Positions 24,214 through 34,681 of a stretch of 60,785 nt of DNA are shown piece after piece. Every line of letters starts with the position of its first letter. Position 1 is the stretch's first letter. The DNA lies in IMG/VR virus record IMGVR_UViG_3300009008_000039, positions 1 through 60,785 of that record. The stretch is one strand, 5' to 3'. This DNA comes from a virus (taxonomy: Duplodnaviria > Caudoviricetes). The translations under genes were made by a program, and so were the position numbers. The notes under the pieces were generated by a model. That model was not told the origin of the DNA. It did no database searches and worked only from the letters and a program-made list of their open reading frames with translations.

Positions 24214-27200
24214 TTATCCTAATAATTTAAATGTGTGTCTAATGGATCTAGTACTAAATCCCCAATCTTCGCTATAATCTAGCTTAGCCGCGTATGGCCT
24301 GTTGAGGTGGATGCTGTCTCCGTCTCGTACTCCCCAACACTTAATAGCCGCCTGGGCGCTACCATCGTCGATTACCTTGACAATCCAATAAGGTTTGCCA
24401 TTTTTTGTTATCTTGGGAATTATTTCCCTGGGGATGAACCATGCTACGCCTAGATCGTTGTCCCACGAACCAATTGCTGGAACTGCGTATTTCTCAATCG
24501 ATTCCCTGATCGCCTTTGTCATAACGAGATCGAATGGGAAAATACCAGTCAATGTCGAAACATGCTCAATCTTGTCCTCGATAGTGAAATCATGCTCGTC
24601 GCAATATGTTTTAATGTTCTCTAGTAATTTCTTTTTATTCTTTGGCCTATCCTGGATGCAGGTCATCCAAAAGTGTTTGCAGCCATTAAAACGTTCGTCG
24701 ATCAGTGTATCCAAAGCGCCGGATCGGCAGAGGACGTCAAGAGACTTCTTGTTGAGTTTTGAATAAACAATTTCCTCGCTAAACAACATCTCTTCGACAG
24801 TGTTAAATGGCCTGTTGGCGGTGATCTGTTCAATAGCCTTGTCACCTAAGCCCTTGATGGAGTTGAGCGGCTGAATCAGCGTCTTACCATCGGATGCAAT
24901 CTCCCACTGGGTTGTCGACGTGTTGATGTTGATATTCTCGATGTTAAAGCCATGCTTTTGAGCCAGGCTTATTGCTGCCTCTTTGCGCGCCTCGGGCTCC
25001 TTATCAAGGAACGCTGCCATCCAACACTCAGGATAGTAGTTTAGTAGCCAGGCGCACTGATAAGAGAGTATGCTATAAGAAACAGCGTGAGACTTATTAA
25101 AGCCATAGCCAGAGAAATACTCGAACGTCTGCCAGATTGTTCCTGCCGCAACCTCCTCAACACCCTTCTCCTTGCAGCCCTCGATAAACTTCTTTCTAAT
25201 TTTGTTCTTCTGGTTTTCAACTTCACCGGTACCCTTTTTAGTAAGTAGTTTCCTGAGCTTATTACCTTCTTCTAGAGTGATGTCTTTTCCGAGCCGGTGG
25301 GCAAGGAGGGCGATCTGCTCCTGAAAGATCAAGAACCCAGCAGTCTCCTTTGTGATCTCTTCTATCGTATCATTCAGATACTGAATATTCTTGGAATCAT
25401 TCTTAGCTTTGATGTACGACTTATCAACTCCGGCACTCAAAGGGCCTGGGCGATAAATACTGGTGATAGCAGAAATGTCAATGATATCACGAGGTTTTGC
25501 GCGCATAGCTAGTTTTTGAGCACCTGCGTTTGTAAACTGGAATATTCCAGCAAACTTGCCACGATGAAAGATATTTCTATAAACTTTCTGATCGTGGAGG
25601 TCTAGCGCCTCGGGATGCAAAGTTGAATCGTAATATTCTTTAATCTCTTCAAACGTCGGGTTTTCAATACCGTGGTGGCGCTTCAAAATATGCCCCACAG
25701 CAGATTGAATCATCTCCAGAGTCGAAAGTCCAAGAATATCAAACTTAATAAACCCAAGTGGCTCAAGATGTCGGACGTGCATGCCTTCAGACCAGGGGGT
25801 CTGTACAACACCACCGGAGCTAATCAACGGCATGTGCTTGTCCAAATTGTCGCCAATAACAACTCCGCCGGCGTGTCTAGATGTGCTTCTCACTTGTCCA
25901 ACAAGAGCTTCAACGTGAGTCTTGATGTGCGGATATTTTCGAAGGAATTTATTGAGTGACTCTGAATATTCCATCACCTCTTCGAAGGTAGGAGCATATA
26001 CGCCGGCCTTGATTCCGTGCTTCATCTTGGCTTTGGGCGTCGCCTCTTTAACCATGCGACTAGTCACAGGATTGACTTCCGTAAACGGCACCCCATAGAA
26101 CTTACTAATGTCTTTAATCAGCGATCGCAACTGTAGGGTGTTGTAATTAGAGATTGGTACAACTGTTGTCTCTCCCCATTCTTTTGCCAGGATCTCCTTT
26201 AGGCCGAAAGCGTCAGAAACATCATAATCAATATCTGGGTAATCTGTTGCATCCGAACGAAGGAAGCGACTAAATAGCAAACCATACTTAATTGGGTCAA
26301 CCTGGGTGATGCCAAGAACATAAGACACCAGAGAGCCGGCAGCACTTCCGCGTCCGGGGCCGGCCAACATGTGTTCATTGGCCTTGTCGGAGACAGCCTT
26401 CATAGTGAGGAAATACTTACTGAATCCTCGATTGTTGATGACTTGAAGTTCGTGCTTCAGGCGCTCGACATACTCGTCGTCTTCATGCAGGTTCATTTTT
26501 CTTAACGCTGCAATGCTTTCTTTCACGAGTGTCTGTTCGGCGGTGTGTCCGTCTGGTACAACAAAATCGGGCAAGCGAACCGTATCATCGGGCATAAAGT
26601 CCTCTACTAGTTCATACGCGATCTCGTGGGTCTTTACAATTGTATCGTGAATCATATCGTCATCGTATTCAATTCCGCATTCGGCGGAATACTTTTTGTA
26701 CGACTCCCACATTTGATCACCGTTTTTAGGATACAGTTCATATCCAATCTCTTCTACTCCATCAGGAAGCTCAGATGTCAGCCACTCTGGCTGATTCGAT
26801 TTGCCAAGCCAGCCAAGACGCTTGTAAAGCTCGCGGTCATTCCAAGCTTCAGGAGTTGGATAGTGGCTATCAGCCGTCGAAATCATCTCAATTCCGAACT
26901 CTTCGTGCATCTGAATTACGTATTTGTTAAGCGCGTGTTGTTCTGGAACATTATTCCATTGCAGCTCTCCGTACCATCGATCGCCTATCGCATCGCGCAT
27001 TCTGCGCGTAGTGGTGCGCATCGCATCCAATATCGCCTCTTCGCCTGCTTCTCGGTTGTCCCAAAAGTCACCAGCGTACACACCACCAAGACATGCAGAC
27101 GAAGCTATTACACCTTCGCCATACTTCTTGAGCATTTCGTAATCCAGTCGTGGATAGCGATAGAAGTTGTCTCCCTGGTGGGAGTCAGAAACAATCTTAT

Positions 27201-27645
27201 AAATGTTGTTTAGTCCAGTTTGGTTAAGGGCAACCAATACGATGTGACGTCTGGCGGCGATCTTATTCTTAGATGCGCGCTTCGATGCGTCTTCATCTTC
27301 AGTGGACACCTTATCTGTGTCAGCAATAACCTTCTTGGCGTTCTTTTTGTCTTCTTTAACTCTTTCGTATTCCTCTTTCCATTCTTTAACAGACGGTACA
27401 AAATAGGCCTCGACGCCAAAAATAGGCTTAAATTCTTTGCCTTCTTTTTGCATCTTCCTTGCGTGGAGGATCTGATAAGAAGCGCCATTCATGTTTCCGT
27501 GGTCAGTCAACGCCAGCGCGTTCATGCCATTTTGATAGGCGAAGTCCATGTGGTCTTGTGGGTACCCAAAGCCGTCAAACACCGAGCCGGCTACGCTATG
27601 AGCGTGGAGGCCCACAAACGGTATACTAGATTCTGATCGTTCCAT
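24214..27645 (-). CDS. dnaE: DNA polymerase III alpha subunit (family C)
   Basis: PHP LHAHS/LTDHG/GVEAY, GRGSAAGSL, PDIDYD, HAGGVV, KFDILGL, YGFNKSHA. Confidence 0.97.
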   Translation of the reverse strand: MERSESSIPFVGLHAHSVAGSVFDGFGYPQDHMDFAYQNGMNALALTDHGNMNGASYQILHARKMQKEGKEFKPIFGVEAYFVPSVKEWKEEYERVKEDKKNAKKVIADTDKVSTEDEDASKRASKNKIAARRHIVLVALNQTGLNNIYKIVSDSHQGDNFYRYPRLDYEMLKKYGEGVIASSACLGGVYAGDFWDNREAGEEAILDAMRTTTRRMRDAIGDRWYGELQWNNVPEQHALNKYVIQMHEEFGIEMISTADSHYPTPEAWNDRELYKRLGWLGKSNQPEWLTSELPDGVEEIGYELYPKNGDQMWESYKKYSAECGIEYDDDMIHDTIVKTHEIAYELVEDFMPDDTVRLPDFVVPDGHTAEQTLVKESIAALRKMNLHEDDEYVERLKHELQVINNRGFSKYFLTMKAVSDKANEHMLAGPGRGSAAGSLVSYVLGITQVDPIKYGLLFSRFLRSDATDYPDIDYDVSDAFGLKEILAKEWGETTVVPISNYNTLQLRSLIKDISKFYGVPFTEVNPVTSRMVKEATPKAKMKHGIKAGVYAPTFEEVMEYSESLNKFLRKYPHIKTHVEALVGQVRSTSRHAGGVVIGDNLDKHMPLISSGGVVQTPWSEGMHVRHLEPLGFIKFDILGLSTLEMIQSAVGHILKRHHGIENPTFEEIKEYYDSTLHPEALDLHDQKVYRNIFHRGKFAGIFQFTNAGAQKLAMRAKPRDIIDISAITSIYRPGPLSAGVDKSYIKAKNDSKNIQYLNDTIEEITKETAGFLIFQEQIALLAHRLGKDITLEEGNKLRKLLTKKGTGEVENQKNKIRKKFIEGCKEKGVEEVAAGTIWQTFEYFSGYGFNKSHAVSYSILSYQCAWLLNYYPECWMAAFLDKEPEARKEAAISLAQKHGFNIENININTSTTQWEIASDGKTLIQPLNSIKGLGDKAIEQITANRPFNTVEEMLFSEEIVYSKLNKKSLDVLCRSGALDTLIDERFNGCKHFWMTCIQDRPKNKKKLLENIKTYCDEHDFTIEDKIEHVSTLTGIFPFDLVMTKAIRESIEKYAVPAIGSWDNDLGVAWFIPREIIPKITKNGKPYWIVKVIDDGSAQAAIKCWGVRDGDSIHLNRPYAAKLDYSEDWGFSTRSIRHTFKLLG

Positions 27646-27667
27646 TATTTCTCCTTATGTATAATAC

Positions 27668-27695
27668 AATTTAGGAACAAATGAACGATAATCAA
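27668..27695 (-). promoter_or_regulatory. Sigma70-type promoter for dnaE
   Basis: TTGATT-N16-TAAATT. Confidence 0.45.
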
Positions 27696-28582
27696 TAGAT
27701 AGTCATGTATCTTTCGCCTCGGTCAGGCAAAATAGTCAAAATAGGGTACTCTGGATCGTTGGCGTCGATCCATCTCTCACTAGCTAATATGTTTGCTCCA
27801 GCAGAAATACCAACTAATAGTCCAGACTCTGAGGCTAGCCTTCTAGATCGCTCTACGGCTTCGCACGTCTGTATTTCTATTACTTCATCGACCTTAGACA
27901 TGTCACACAAAAAGTCTTCGCCATCATTTATGCCCTGAATGCCATGACTCTTTGCGTCTTCGGCCGGTCGCACTAGGATCGTCTTGCATGTCGGCCACTG
28001 TTCTTTAAAGTACCTACTGCAGCCCATTATAGTGCCTCCAGTCCCGGCGCCAGAAACAAAAGCGGACAACTTGTACTTAATCCCGCGCGCGCGGGCATGC
28101 TCAGAGCACAGCAGCCATTGAGCGAACTCGCGCGCAGTTGTCATGTAGTGGCATTCAATGTTGTCTTTGTTTGCAAATTGTCTAGGAGTCCAATAAGTTT
28201 TATTTTTTGAAACCATCTCATCTCGAAGTGTAATAGCGCCGCGGAAGTCACTGTCATTAACTTCAATAATCTCGGCGCCGTAAAGTTTGATCATTTGTTT
28301 TCTTTCTTCACTCATGTTTCTGGGCATTATTATCTTTACTTTATATCCTTTTGCTGCGCCCAACATTGAAAATGCAATGCCGGTGTTGCCGCTAGTAGCT
28401 TCGACGATCGTGGCGCCGGGCTTGATTTCACCTCTCTTCTCAGCCTCTGTAAGCAAAAACAGCGCCAACCGATCTTTGATGCTGCCAGAGGGGTTGTATG
28501 TTTCAACTTTTGCGTATAATCGCTCATTAATTTGAACTACTGGCGTATCGCCAACCAACTCATCTATCGCATTCCTCATCAT
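27692..28582 (-). CDS. PLP-dependent cysteine synthase (CysK/CysM family)
   Basis: VGDTP, NPSGSIKDR, EATSGNTGIA, GAGTGGT, PDRGERY. Confidence 0.92.
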   Translation of the reverse strand: MMRNAIDELVGDTPVVQINERLYAKVETYNPSGSIKDRLALFLLTEAEKRGEIKPGATIVEATSGNTGIAFSMLGAAKGYKVKIIMPRNMSEERKQMIKLYGAEIIEVNDSDFRGAITLRDEMVSKNKTYWTPRQFANKDNIECHYMTTAREFAQWLLCSEHARARGIKYKLSAFVSGAGTGGTIMGCSRYFKEQWPTCKTILVRPAEDAKSHGIQGINDGEDFLCDMSKVDEVIEIQTCEAVERSRRLASESGLLVGISAGANILASERWIDANDPEYPILTILPDRGERYMTIY

Positions 28583-29426
28583 CTACTCCAATTTGGTTCC
28601 ATTCTGAATATTTCAGAAGCTTCGGCTTTCTTATTTCTCTGTGGGAAGACAGGAAATCACAATAGTCTGCCCAATTATCGATACAAGCATAGTCTTCAAT
28701 TTCCACTCTTTCATAATTAGAAAAGTCTAAACTAGAAAACACTTGTTTTAAATCATATTCTTTATACGAATATCGCTCCTCCACCGGGAGCCTGGTTCTA
28801 GCACCAGTGTCGTCCACCTGATACAAACCAGAAGACGTTGTTATCGATTCCTCCAAGAGATCTTCAATCTGAGAGGGATCTATCGTGAACGATAGGTATT
28901 TGTTGTCTTTTATGGTCTCCCCATTGTGGCTAAGCAAGAGTGGTTTTTGTGCGGCAACTTTCCTGTGTTCCCTTAAAAAGAATGGTGCATAATATGCATA
29001 TGGCCAAGATATATAAAAAGAATCTGGTTTAACATGCTTACTTAGAGCGCCTAAAATCTTGTTTGCTGTTTTTGCACCAAAGATAGCGGACCATGCAAGG
29101 TTATCTCTCTTGTTGATGTCCTTGATCGACAGAGGGACATAATATACGCGTATTGGTTTCTTGACGTCGTTCTTGTACAATTCGAAATGGCGGTAGTTGT
29201 AAACCGGATCTTGAATCTTTTCTCCCACTTGATGTCTTATAAGGGGCGTGACGTCATCGGCGCACACAATCCATATTGTATCGCATCCGATGTATGCGCA
29301 TTCAGCGACGGCGCGTTCGACTGCAAGATAATTTGGCCCAATAGGCATGAGACTTTCATGCCACGGCATATTAAAATCAGTCCTCAGGCCTGAGACTGGG
29401 ACTATTCCTGCGAGGTGTTTTTTCAA
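28560..29426 (-). CDS. Divergent sugar-phosphate nucleotidyltransferase-fold protein
   Basis: AGIVPVSG...LMPIG...AVAECAYIGCDTIWIV resembles the RmlA/GalU N-terminus; GxGTR/PK motif degraded. Confidence 0.5.
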   Translation of the reverse strand: MKKHLAGIVPVSGLRTDFNMPWHESLMPIGPNYLAVERAVAECAYIGCDTIWIVCADDVTPLIRHQVGEKIQDPVYNYRHFELYKNDVKKPIRVYYVPLSIKDINKRDNLAWSAIFGAKTANKILGALSKHVKPDSFYISWPYAYYAPFFLREHRKVAAQKPLLLSHNGETIKDNKYLSFTIDPSQIEDLLEESITTSSGLYQVDDTGARTRLPVEERYSYKEYDLKQVFSSLDFSNYERVEIEDYACIDNWADYCDFLSSHREIRKPKLLKYSEWNQIGVDDEECDR

Positions 29427-30100
29427 CTATCTTCAACTTTATATGTTGGGTACACATCTCTTTTCCAGAATGTCATTTTAACGTTCTCTAAACCACGTGC
29501 TTTAAGTAAATCAGTAGTTTTGAACCTAACCATCGTATCACCACATTCAAAGCTTTTTAACTGCTTATCGGTTAGGCGGGATTCACAAAGTAAATCCATG
29601 AACTTTTGATCGCCGTCCACTCTGCGCGTGGGGAAGAACTTGATCTTATGTACAAGGTCATCATCGGTAACTATTTCGTCAACATCTAAGCCAGTAAGGC
29701 CGCGACAATCAAACCAATCAATGACTCGGTAATAGGCCAGCTTTCTATTGATTTCTACACCTTCGACGTTTTTTGTATCAAACACGTGGACATTCTGATA
29801 TCTGACGGTGTACATTGACCGAGTTGTGTATACTTTTACTATCTTCTCTTCGTCATCTATACGAATGTTTGTCGACGCGTCTGTAAACGGCACCAAGCCG
29901 TTGTTGTATAGGTCATATATCTTCTCTGCCCAGACACCCTCTACACCTTCGTAAGAGTGATGATGGGGTTCTCTGTTTTTGATTAAAACAAAGCCGTTCT
30001 CATGGGCGAATTCAACAGCATTAAGATCTGCACCTATTACGACATTTTCACATTCGTAATCAACAGCCGCATCCGATGCGGACATCACAAGAGCTTTCAA
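29423..30100 (-). CDS. Hypothetical protein with Rossmann-like N-terminus
   Basis: NVVIGADLNAVEFA resembles a degenerate GxGxxG; start uncertain. Confidence 0.45.
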   Translation of the reverse strand: MKALVMSASDAAVDYECENVVIGADLNAVEFAHENGFVLIKNREPHHHSYEGVEGVWAEKIYDLYNNGLVPFTDASTNIRIDDEEKIVKVYTTRSMYTVRYQNVHVFDTKNVEGVEINRKLAYYRVIDWFDCRGLTGLDVDEIVTDDDLVHKIKFFPTRRVDGDQKFMDLLCESRLTDKQLKSFECGDTMVRFKTTDLLKARGLENVKMTFWKRDVYPTYKVEDS

Positions 30101-30785
30101 GCGACCTCTCTCTCTTTATGTTTCTTTGCCATTGTCGCAAAAGTTTAAAGTGTTTAGGGCGCTCATTGCAACGGCCGGCCTTCTTCTTGTATCTTATGCC
30201 AGTTACCCATGCGGCGAGCCAGACGCGATCGTCTGTCCTGTACTTACACTGCTTTTTAACGCTCGGAATGCGACTAACTATGTGCTGCATCCACGCGTCA
30301 GCAGCAGCTTCAGGGTCTGTTCTCTTGAGACCGGGGAACTTCTTTTCATAAAATGACCACATCTGCAAAATACCGATAGCGCGTGGAGTTCTCTTGTCTT
30401 TGCTGAATTTTCTGTCACCCTTGGCATTGGGATTGAAACCGGACTCCATGCACGCTGCAGCGAGGAGCATGCCTCTCACGCTCGCAGGGGGGTCAAACTT
30501 CCTCTCAATAGATATGAGAGCGTCGATCAATTCAGGGTCTGGGTTTTTATTGTACTTGCAGTTGTTCAGAGCTTGGAACCTCATGTCCTCATAAGAAGAC
30601 TCTTTTTCGCTCAACGGAATGAACGGTTCCTTGTCTTTAGTCAGACAGACGTTTATAGGCTTCTTGAATGCTACGGCTGTGTCTTGTTTTGCGCCAAGGT
30701 TGATTGGTTTTATATATCTAGCGCCATCTGGTTGGACCATCGGGATGGACATTACAAGAGCCATTAGGGTGATTATTTTGTACAT
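30060..30785 (-). CDS. Exported lytic transglycosylase (SLT)-like protein
   Basis: Signal peptide; AAACMESGFNPNA, AIGILQM motifs. Confidence 0.7.
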   Translation of the reverse strand: MYKIITLMALVMSIPMVQPDGARYIKPINLGAKQDTAVAFKKPINVCLTKDKEPFIPLSEKESSYEDMRFQALNNCKYNKNPDPELIDALISIERKFDPPASVRGMLLAAACMESGFNPNAKGDRKFSKDKRTPRAIGILQMWSFYEKKFPGLKRTDPEAAADAWMQHIVSRIPSVKKQCKYRTDDRVWLAAWVTGIRYKKKAGRCNERPKHFKLLRQWQRNIKRERSLESSCDVRIGCGC

Positions 30786-30817
30786 AATATATTAATTCCT
30801 TTTTTATGTCACCCTAA

Positions 30818-31090
30818 TTAGTCCTCCACAATTGCTATGACATGGTTTTCTAAAACCACATGTTTTTTTTCTCCAAAAACATTTATTTCCTGTATCATAT
30901 GTGTTGGAACTACCAGTTTTTGTCCATACACCTCAACTCCAAAATCATCTGGCGCGCGGACCAAGCTGACCAGTGAGTACTCAGACTCTTCGGTCCTAAA
31001 ATCATCAGGCACCAATACACCCGATTCTTTCTTTTGTTCTGCTATTGGTTCCACTACCAGATGCCGATTTAAAGGTAACAATTTCATCAT
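30818..31090 (-). CDS. groES: Co-chaperonin GroES-like
   Basis: LLPLNRHLVVEP, ESGVLVP mobile loop, VIAIVE. Confidence 0.75.
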   Translation of the reverse strand: MMKLLPLNRHLVVEPIAEQKKESGVLVPDDFRTEESEYSLVSLVRAPDDFGVEVYGQKLVVPTHMIQEINVFGEKKHVVLENHVIAIVED

Positions 31091-31335
31091 GAACCTGTGA
31101 TGTTCTTAGTCAGTTTCTCAAAATACTCTGTAAATTGATCAATATTGTCTCCCTTCTGGAGCATACGGTAGGCGCGGACGGCTTGTCGCATGTCATCCTT
31201 AGTGAGCCATCCATTTTGTGCGTAGCTCTTGCGAACGTCACGCTTATGCTCCTTGTAGGGCTCCATCTCATCTTCGATCGCCTTGAACGCCTTGATGAAT
31301 TCAACCACATACTCTTCTTTCGTTAGATCACTCAT
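31087..31335 (-). CDS. dsDNA-binding protein, T4 DsbA/GapR-like
   Basis: Helical EF..AIEDE...KE...DV...AVRAYRM pattern; AAGGAG SD. Confidence 0.5.
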   Translation of the reverse strand: MSDLTKEEYVVEFIKAFKAIEDEMEPYKEHKRDVRKSYAQNGWLTKDDMRQAVRAYRMLQKGDNIDQFTEYFEKLTKNITGS

Positions 31336-31364
31336 CTTATTCTCCTTTGTAGTGATACAAATAT

Positions 31365-31392
31365 ACTATAATAACGGCACACGAGAAATCAA
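31365..31392 (-). promoter_or_regulatory. Sigma70-type promoter
   Basis: TTGATT-N16-TATAGT. Confidence 0.55.
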
Positions 31393-33255
31393 CTAGAAAG
31401 TTGTGATGGTACAACTACCACCAGAACAAGCTAGCTCGCTCGTCAGACTAGTCTCGTCTTCTGTTTCTATAACTTTACTCAAGTCGACCTCCTGTAGCGT
31501 TTCCATAAGCACTTGGTACTTCTCCGGTGAGCAATCTTCGAATGGTGCTTGAACATATGTACCACCATCAGCAGGCAAAACACTGAGCCCGTTGTAACAG
31601 GCCCTATTTTCCCACATCCAGTCACCAACATCGTTCCATTCGCTTTCACCAATGGAGATTGTTGCAGAGACATTGTGTGTGTTCTGGCCAGTGGAGTGAC
31701 CTGGCTTAACCCAATGCTCTGTAACACTTTGCACCCTGCGAAGCAATTGCAGCGCGCTTTCGTCTCTCGTTATTGCACCTTCTGGTGCTTCTTGCGGTAC
31801 ACTGATAATTGCCGTATCATGAGGTCTGAAGTATTCATCTTCCACCAATTCCGGATGATTGATGTACAAATATGTATATATTGATTCATTCTTGCCAACG
31901 CGCATGCGCCTAATGTAGTAATCATTATGCCATGCATGAATGCCAGATGATGTCCCCAAGGTCAAGGACGTAGTTCCAGCCGGCTTAACGCATGTAGTTC
32001 TTGCGGCCGGCTTGATCCCAATTGTTTCTGCGGTTCTTCTGTTCTCGTCCTTGACAGCGTTAGCTGCAGCAGCCATGTCCAGGTTCATCACTCTTCCAGA
32101 CGCAATTCCTGTCATACTTACTCCGATTAAGGCATCCTTTTCGCAAGTTCGGCGCCAAACATCCCTAAGATAGTGAAAATCAGTATACGAAGCCTGTAGA
32201 GTGCCGATAAAGGCCGCTGTTCGGCATCGATCTTCGTACTCTTCTTGGGTCTCCACGTCTGAAACGTTCACCTCGGATAAGTTACACATTTGATAGGGTC
32301 GCAGTGCGATCTCGCAGCAAGGATTAGTGCCCCAGTCTTTGTCGTTCGAAAAATAAAATCCAGGCTCACCCGCGCCACTCATGCGTACGCGATCCCATAG
32401 TTGCATAAAGTATTCCTTTGTTATTCTATGGCGAAGAAGTACTACTGAATTATTGGCTCGTCCTCGCTGGGGATTGGCTTCCCACCAGTTTCCAGTCTTT
32501 GCGGCCAGCATCTCTTCGTCATCTGCAGAGAACAACGATATAAGAGCAGCGCGACGAATGCCCCCGGCAAGAACAGCATCAGCAATATAACAAACAATGT
32601 CATGTACTTCGATAGGTTCAAGACGGTCACCGTCCCCCTTCTCTTCTAAGAGACCTTGAATCTTAAGAAGGCATTCCTTCAACGGCTGAGGGCCGGGAGC
32701 TTTGCCTCCACTAGTAAGTAGTAGGCTTCCCTTGGGACGGATGTCAGAAAAATCAAATTTTAACTTTGACCCACCTTTAAAATAGGAGCGCATTAAGGCC
32801 TTTACCGAATCTGCCCACCCTTCTATCGAGTCGCCCACAAGAAAACGCCTAGTTCTCTTGGCATTTGGGCGGCGTATGGAAGGCAACTTCTCTATGTGGT
32901 GTCTCTGTACAGAAAATCCGACACCAGTCCCTCCAAGTAGGAGAAACATGCACTCACTGAAAGCAGCAGGATGATCAATAGGTAGAAAGGCACAATTATA
33001 TATCCTGTTAGGTGCCACCTCAATCGGCTTACCACCGAATTGCATGGATCGCATTGACGGTAAGATCTTTTTTTCATAAACATACTCATAAGCTCCTTCG
33101 ATCTCCTCCCGGAGATTTGGAAATTTCTTGATATGCATCTTTTTATTCCGGGTAACTAGCTCTTCCCATGTTTCACGTCTCTCTTTTTTTTGTATGTACC
33201 TCGCATACTTCATGTGAACAGTGATATCAGATAAAATTTTATTTGGTAAGAGCAT
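31393..33255 (-). CDS. nrdJ: Class II (B12-dependent) ribonucleotide reductase
   Basis: KYAR..RETW, YNCAF, GGIRRAALI, TNPCCEI, VKPAGT, C-terminal CSGGSC. Confidence 0.9.
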   Translation of the reverse strand: MLLPNKILSDITVHMKYARYIQKKERRETWEELVTRNKKMHIKKFPNLREEIEGAYEYVYEKKILPSMRSMQFGGKPIEVAPNRIYNCAFLPIDHPAAFSECMFLLLGGTGVGFSVQRHHIEKLPSIRRPNAKRTRRFLVGDSIEGWADSVKALMRSYFKGGSKLKFDFSDIRPKGSLLLTSGGKAPGPQPLKECLLKIQGLLEEKGDGDRLEPIEVHDIVCYIADAVLAGGIRRAALISLFSADDEEMLAAKTGNWWEANPQRGRANNSVVLLRHRITKEYFMQLWDRVRMSGAGEPGFYFSNDKDWGTNPCCEIALRPYQMCNLSEVNVSDVETQEEYEDRCRTAAFIGTLQASYTDFHYLRDVWRRTCEKDALIGVSMTGIASGRVMNLDMAAAANAVKDENRRTAETIGIKPAARTTCVKPAGTTSLTLGTSSGIHAWHNDYYIRRMRVGKNESIYTYLYINHPELVEDEYFRPHDTAIISVPQEAPEGAITRDESALQLLRRVQSVTEHWVKPGHSTGQNTHNVSATISIGESEWNDVGDWMWENRACYNGLSVLPADGGTYVQAPFEDCSPEKYQVLMETLQEVDLSKVIETEDETSLTSELACSGGSCTITTF

Positions 33256-34630
33256 TGTCTATTTCCTTATTGTTTCCTTGTTGTCTGTGAAGTTTATACT
33301 TTTGTCTTAGCGCAGCGTTAAGATCGCCGGGTGACATACTACTAGATGTCAATGTCGGTTCTACCGGTTCGGCGAGAACCTTAAGTTGCACTGTGCTGGT
33401 GTCCATGAACATGGGGAACACCAGACCATCGGGTCCATTTCTATTTTTTGCGATAAACAGCCTGGCTGTATTTGCATTCTTGTCTTTGATTGTTCGCGAT
33501 ATGGAACAAATAAAATCGGCGACAAAGCACTTGTTAAACGCTTCGGAGATTGATTCCATTGTGACGACTTCTGCATTAAGGCCTGTCCTGTTAGTTTGTG
33601 AAGCGGTCCACAAGGGGCATTTATATTCTTGCGCGATCGCTCTCAAGTCTTCATAAATAGAACCAAGTTCATCTCTTTTTTCCCTAAAATTTTTCGTTGG
33701 GCGTAACAGATCAGCGTAATCCACTATAATCATGTCGATTTTAGCGTTTTTCTTTTTTAATCTTTCTAGATGCGCACGAATAGTGTTTGTTGAAGCAGTC
33801 TTTGTTGGGTACTCCTTGATAGTCAAGCTTCCATCGATATCACTAATATTCTCCAGCACTTCATCTTTTCTTGCGAAAAGGGAAGATAGGGGTACTGAAC
33901 TGAGGCAGCTATCATATCTCTGTCCTGTGATGGCTTCTGAAAGCTCTAGCGTATAATGAATCACGTTCTTACCTGCCGCTGCAGCTTGGCTACCTAAGTG
34001 TGCCAGGGCCATGGACTTACCTGCACCAGTCGGCGCTATTACAACACCCAACTCCCCTGTGCCTAGGCCCTTCTTCATTATGCTGTCTACTTTTGGCCAG
34101 CCAGTTGTGACCGGATTTCTAGTCTTTATTTCATATCTAAGTTCGAAATCTTTTAAGAAATCGTGTCCAAAATCGTTATCAGTACCCAGATTGAGCGCGA
34201 CATCGATAACCTGCCTAACTTCATCGTATGAAGAATTTTGTATCAGGTCCACGGAAGTCATCAGTGCCTCTTTTAGCTTCTGCTTTTTGCAGAAATCTAA
34301 GGAAGTCTCTTTAATGTATTTCTCGTCTGTGATGCCGTCGATGCTAATACGTGCAAAGAAGTCTCGCACTTGTTTTTGCACAGCATCGCTATGATTTTCC
34401 AACTCCGTACGTAAAACAGTGGCAAGTATCTTGTCTGTCGGGTGTACACCATATTTTGCACGATATTCAAATAATTTTGATACAAAGACTCGCAGATACT
34501 TCAACTCAAAAAAGCTTGTGTCAACAACTTCCTCGATCTGGTCGGCGAATGGGCGATCTTCCATTATTAGCTGTGCTAATGATTCCTGGAATTGCTTGCC
34601 ATATTTTGAAAAACTGGTATTTTTGTCCAT
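33239..34630 (-). CDS. Replicative DNA helicase (DnaB/T4 gp41-like)
   Basis: APTGAGKS Walker A, YTLELSE, IVDYADLL, WTASQ, AKNRNG. Confidence 0.93.
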   Translation of the reverse strand: MDKNTSFSKYGKQFQESLAQLIMEDRPFADQIEEVVDTSFFELKYLRVFVSKLFEYRAKYGVHPTDKILATVLRTELENHSDAVQKQVRDFFARISIDGITDEKYIKETSLDFCKKQKLKEALMTSVDLIQNSSYDEVRQVIDVALNLGTDNDFGHDFLKDFELRYEIKTRNPVTTGWPKVDSIMKKGLGTGELGVVIAPTGAGKSMALAHLGSQAAAAGKNVIHYTLELSEAITGQRYDSCLSSVPLSSLFARKDEVLENISDIDGSLTIKEYPTKTASTNTIRAHLERLKKKNAKIDMIIVDYADLLRPTKNFREKRDELGSIYEDLRAIAQEYKCPLWTASQTNRTGLNAEVVTMESISEAFNKCFVADFICSISRTIKDKNANTARLFIAKNRNGPDGLVFPMFMDTSTVQLKVLAEPVEPTLTSSSMSPGDLNAALRQKYKLHRQQGNNKEIDNALTK

Positions 34631-34653
34631 TTTTATATCCTAGTTCTTTATTA

Positions 34654-34681
34654 AATTTAGAAATATTCTAGGCGTTGTCTA
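34654..34681 (-). promoter_or_regulatory. Sigma70-type promoter for helicase
   Basis: TAGACA-N16-TAAATT. Confidence 0.45.
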
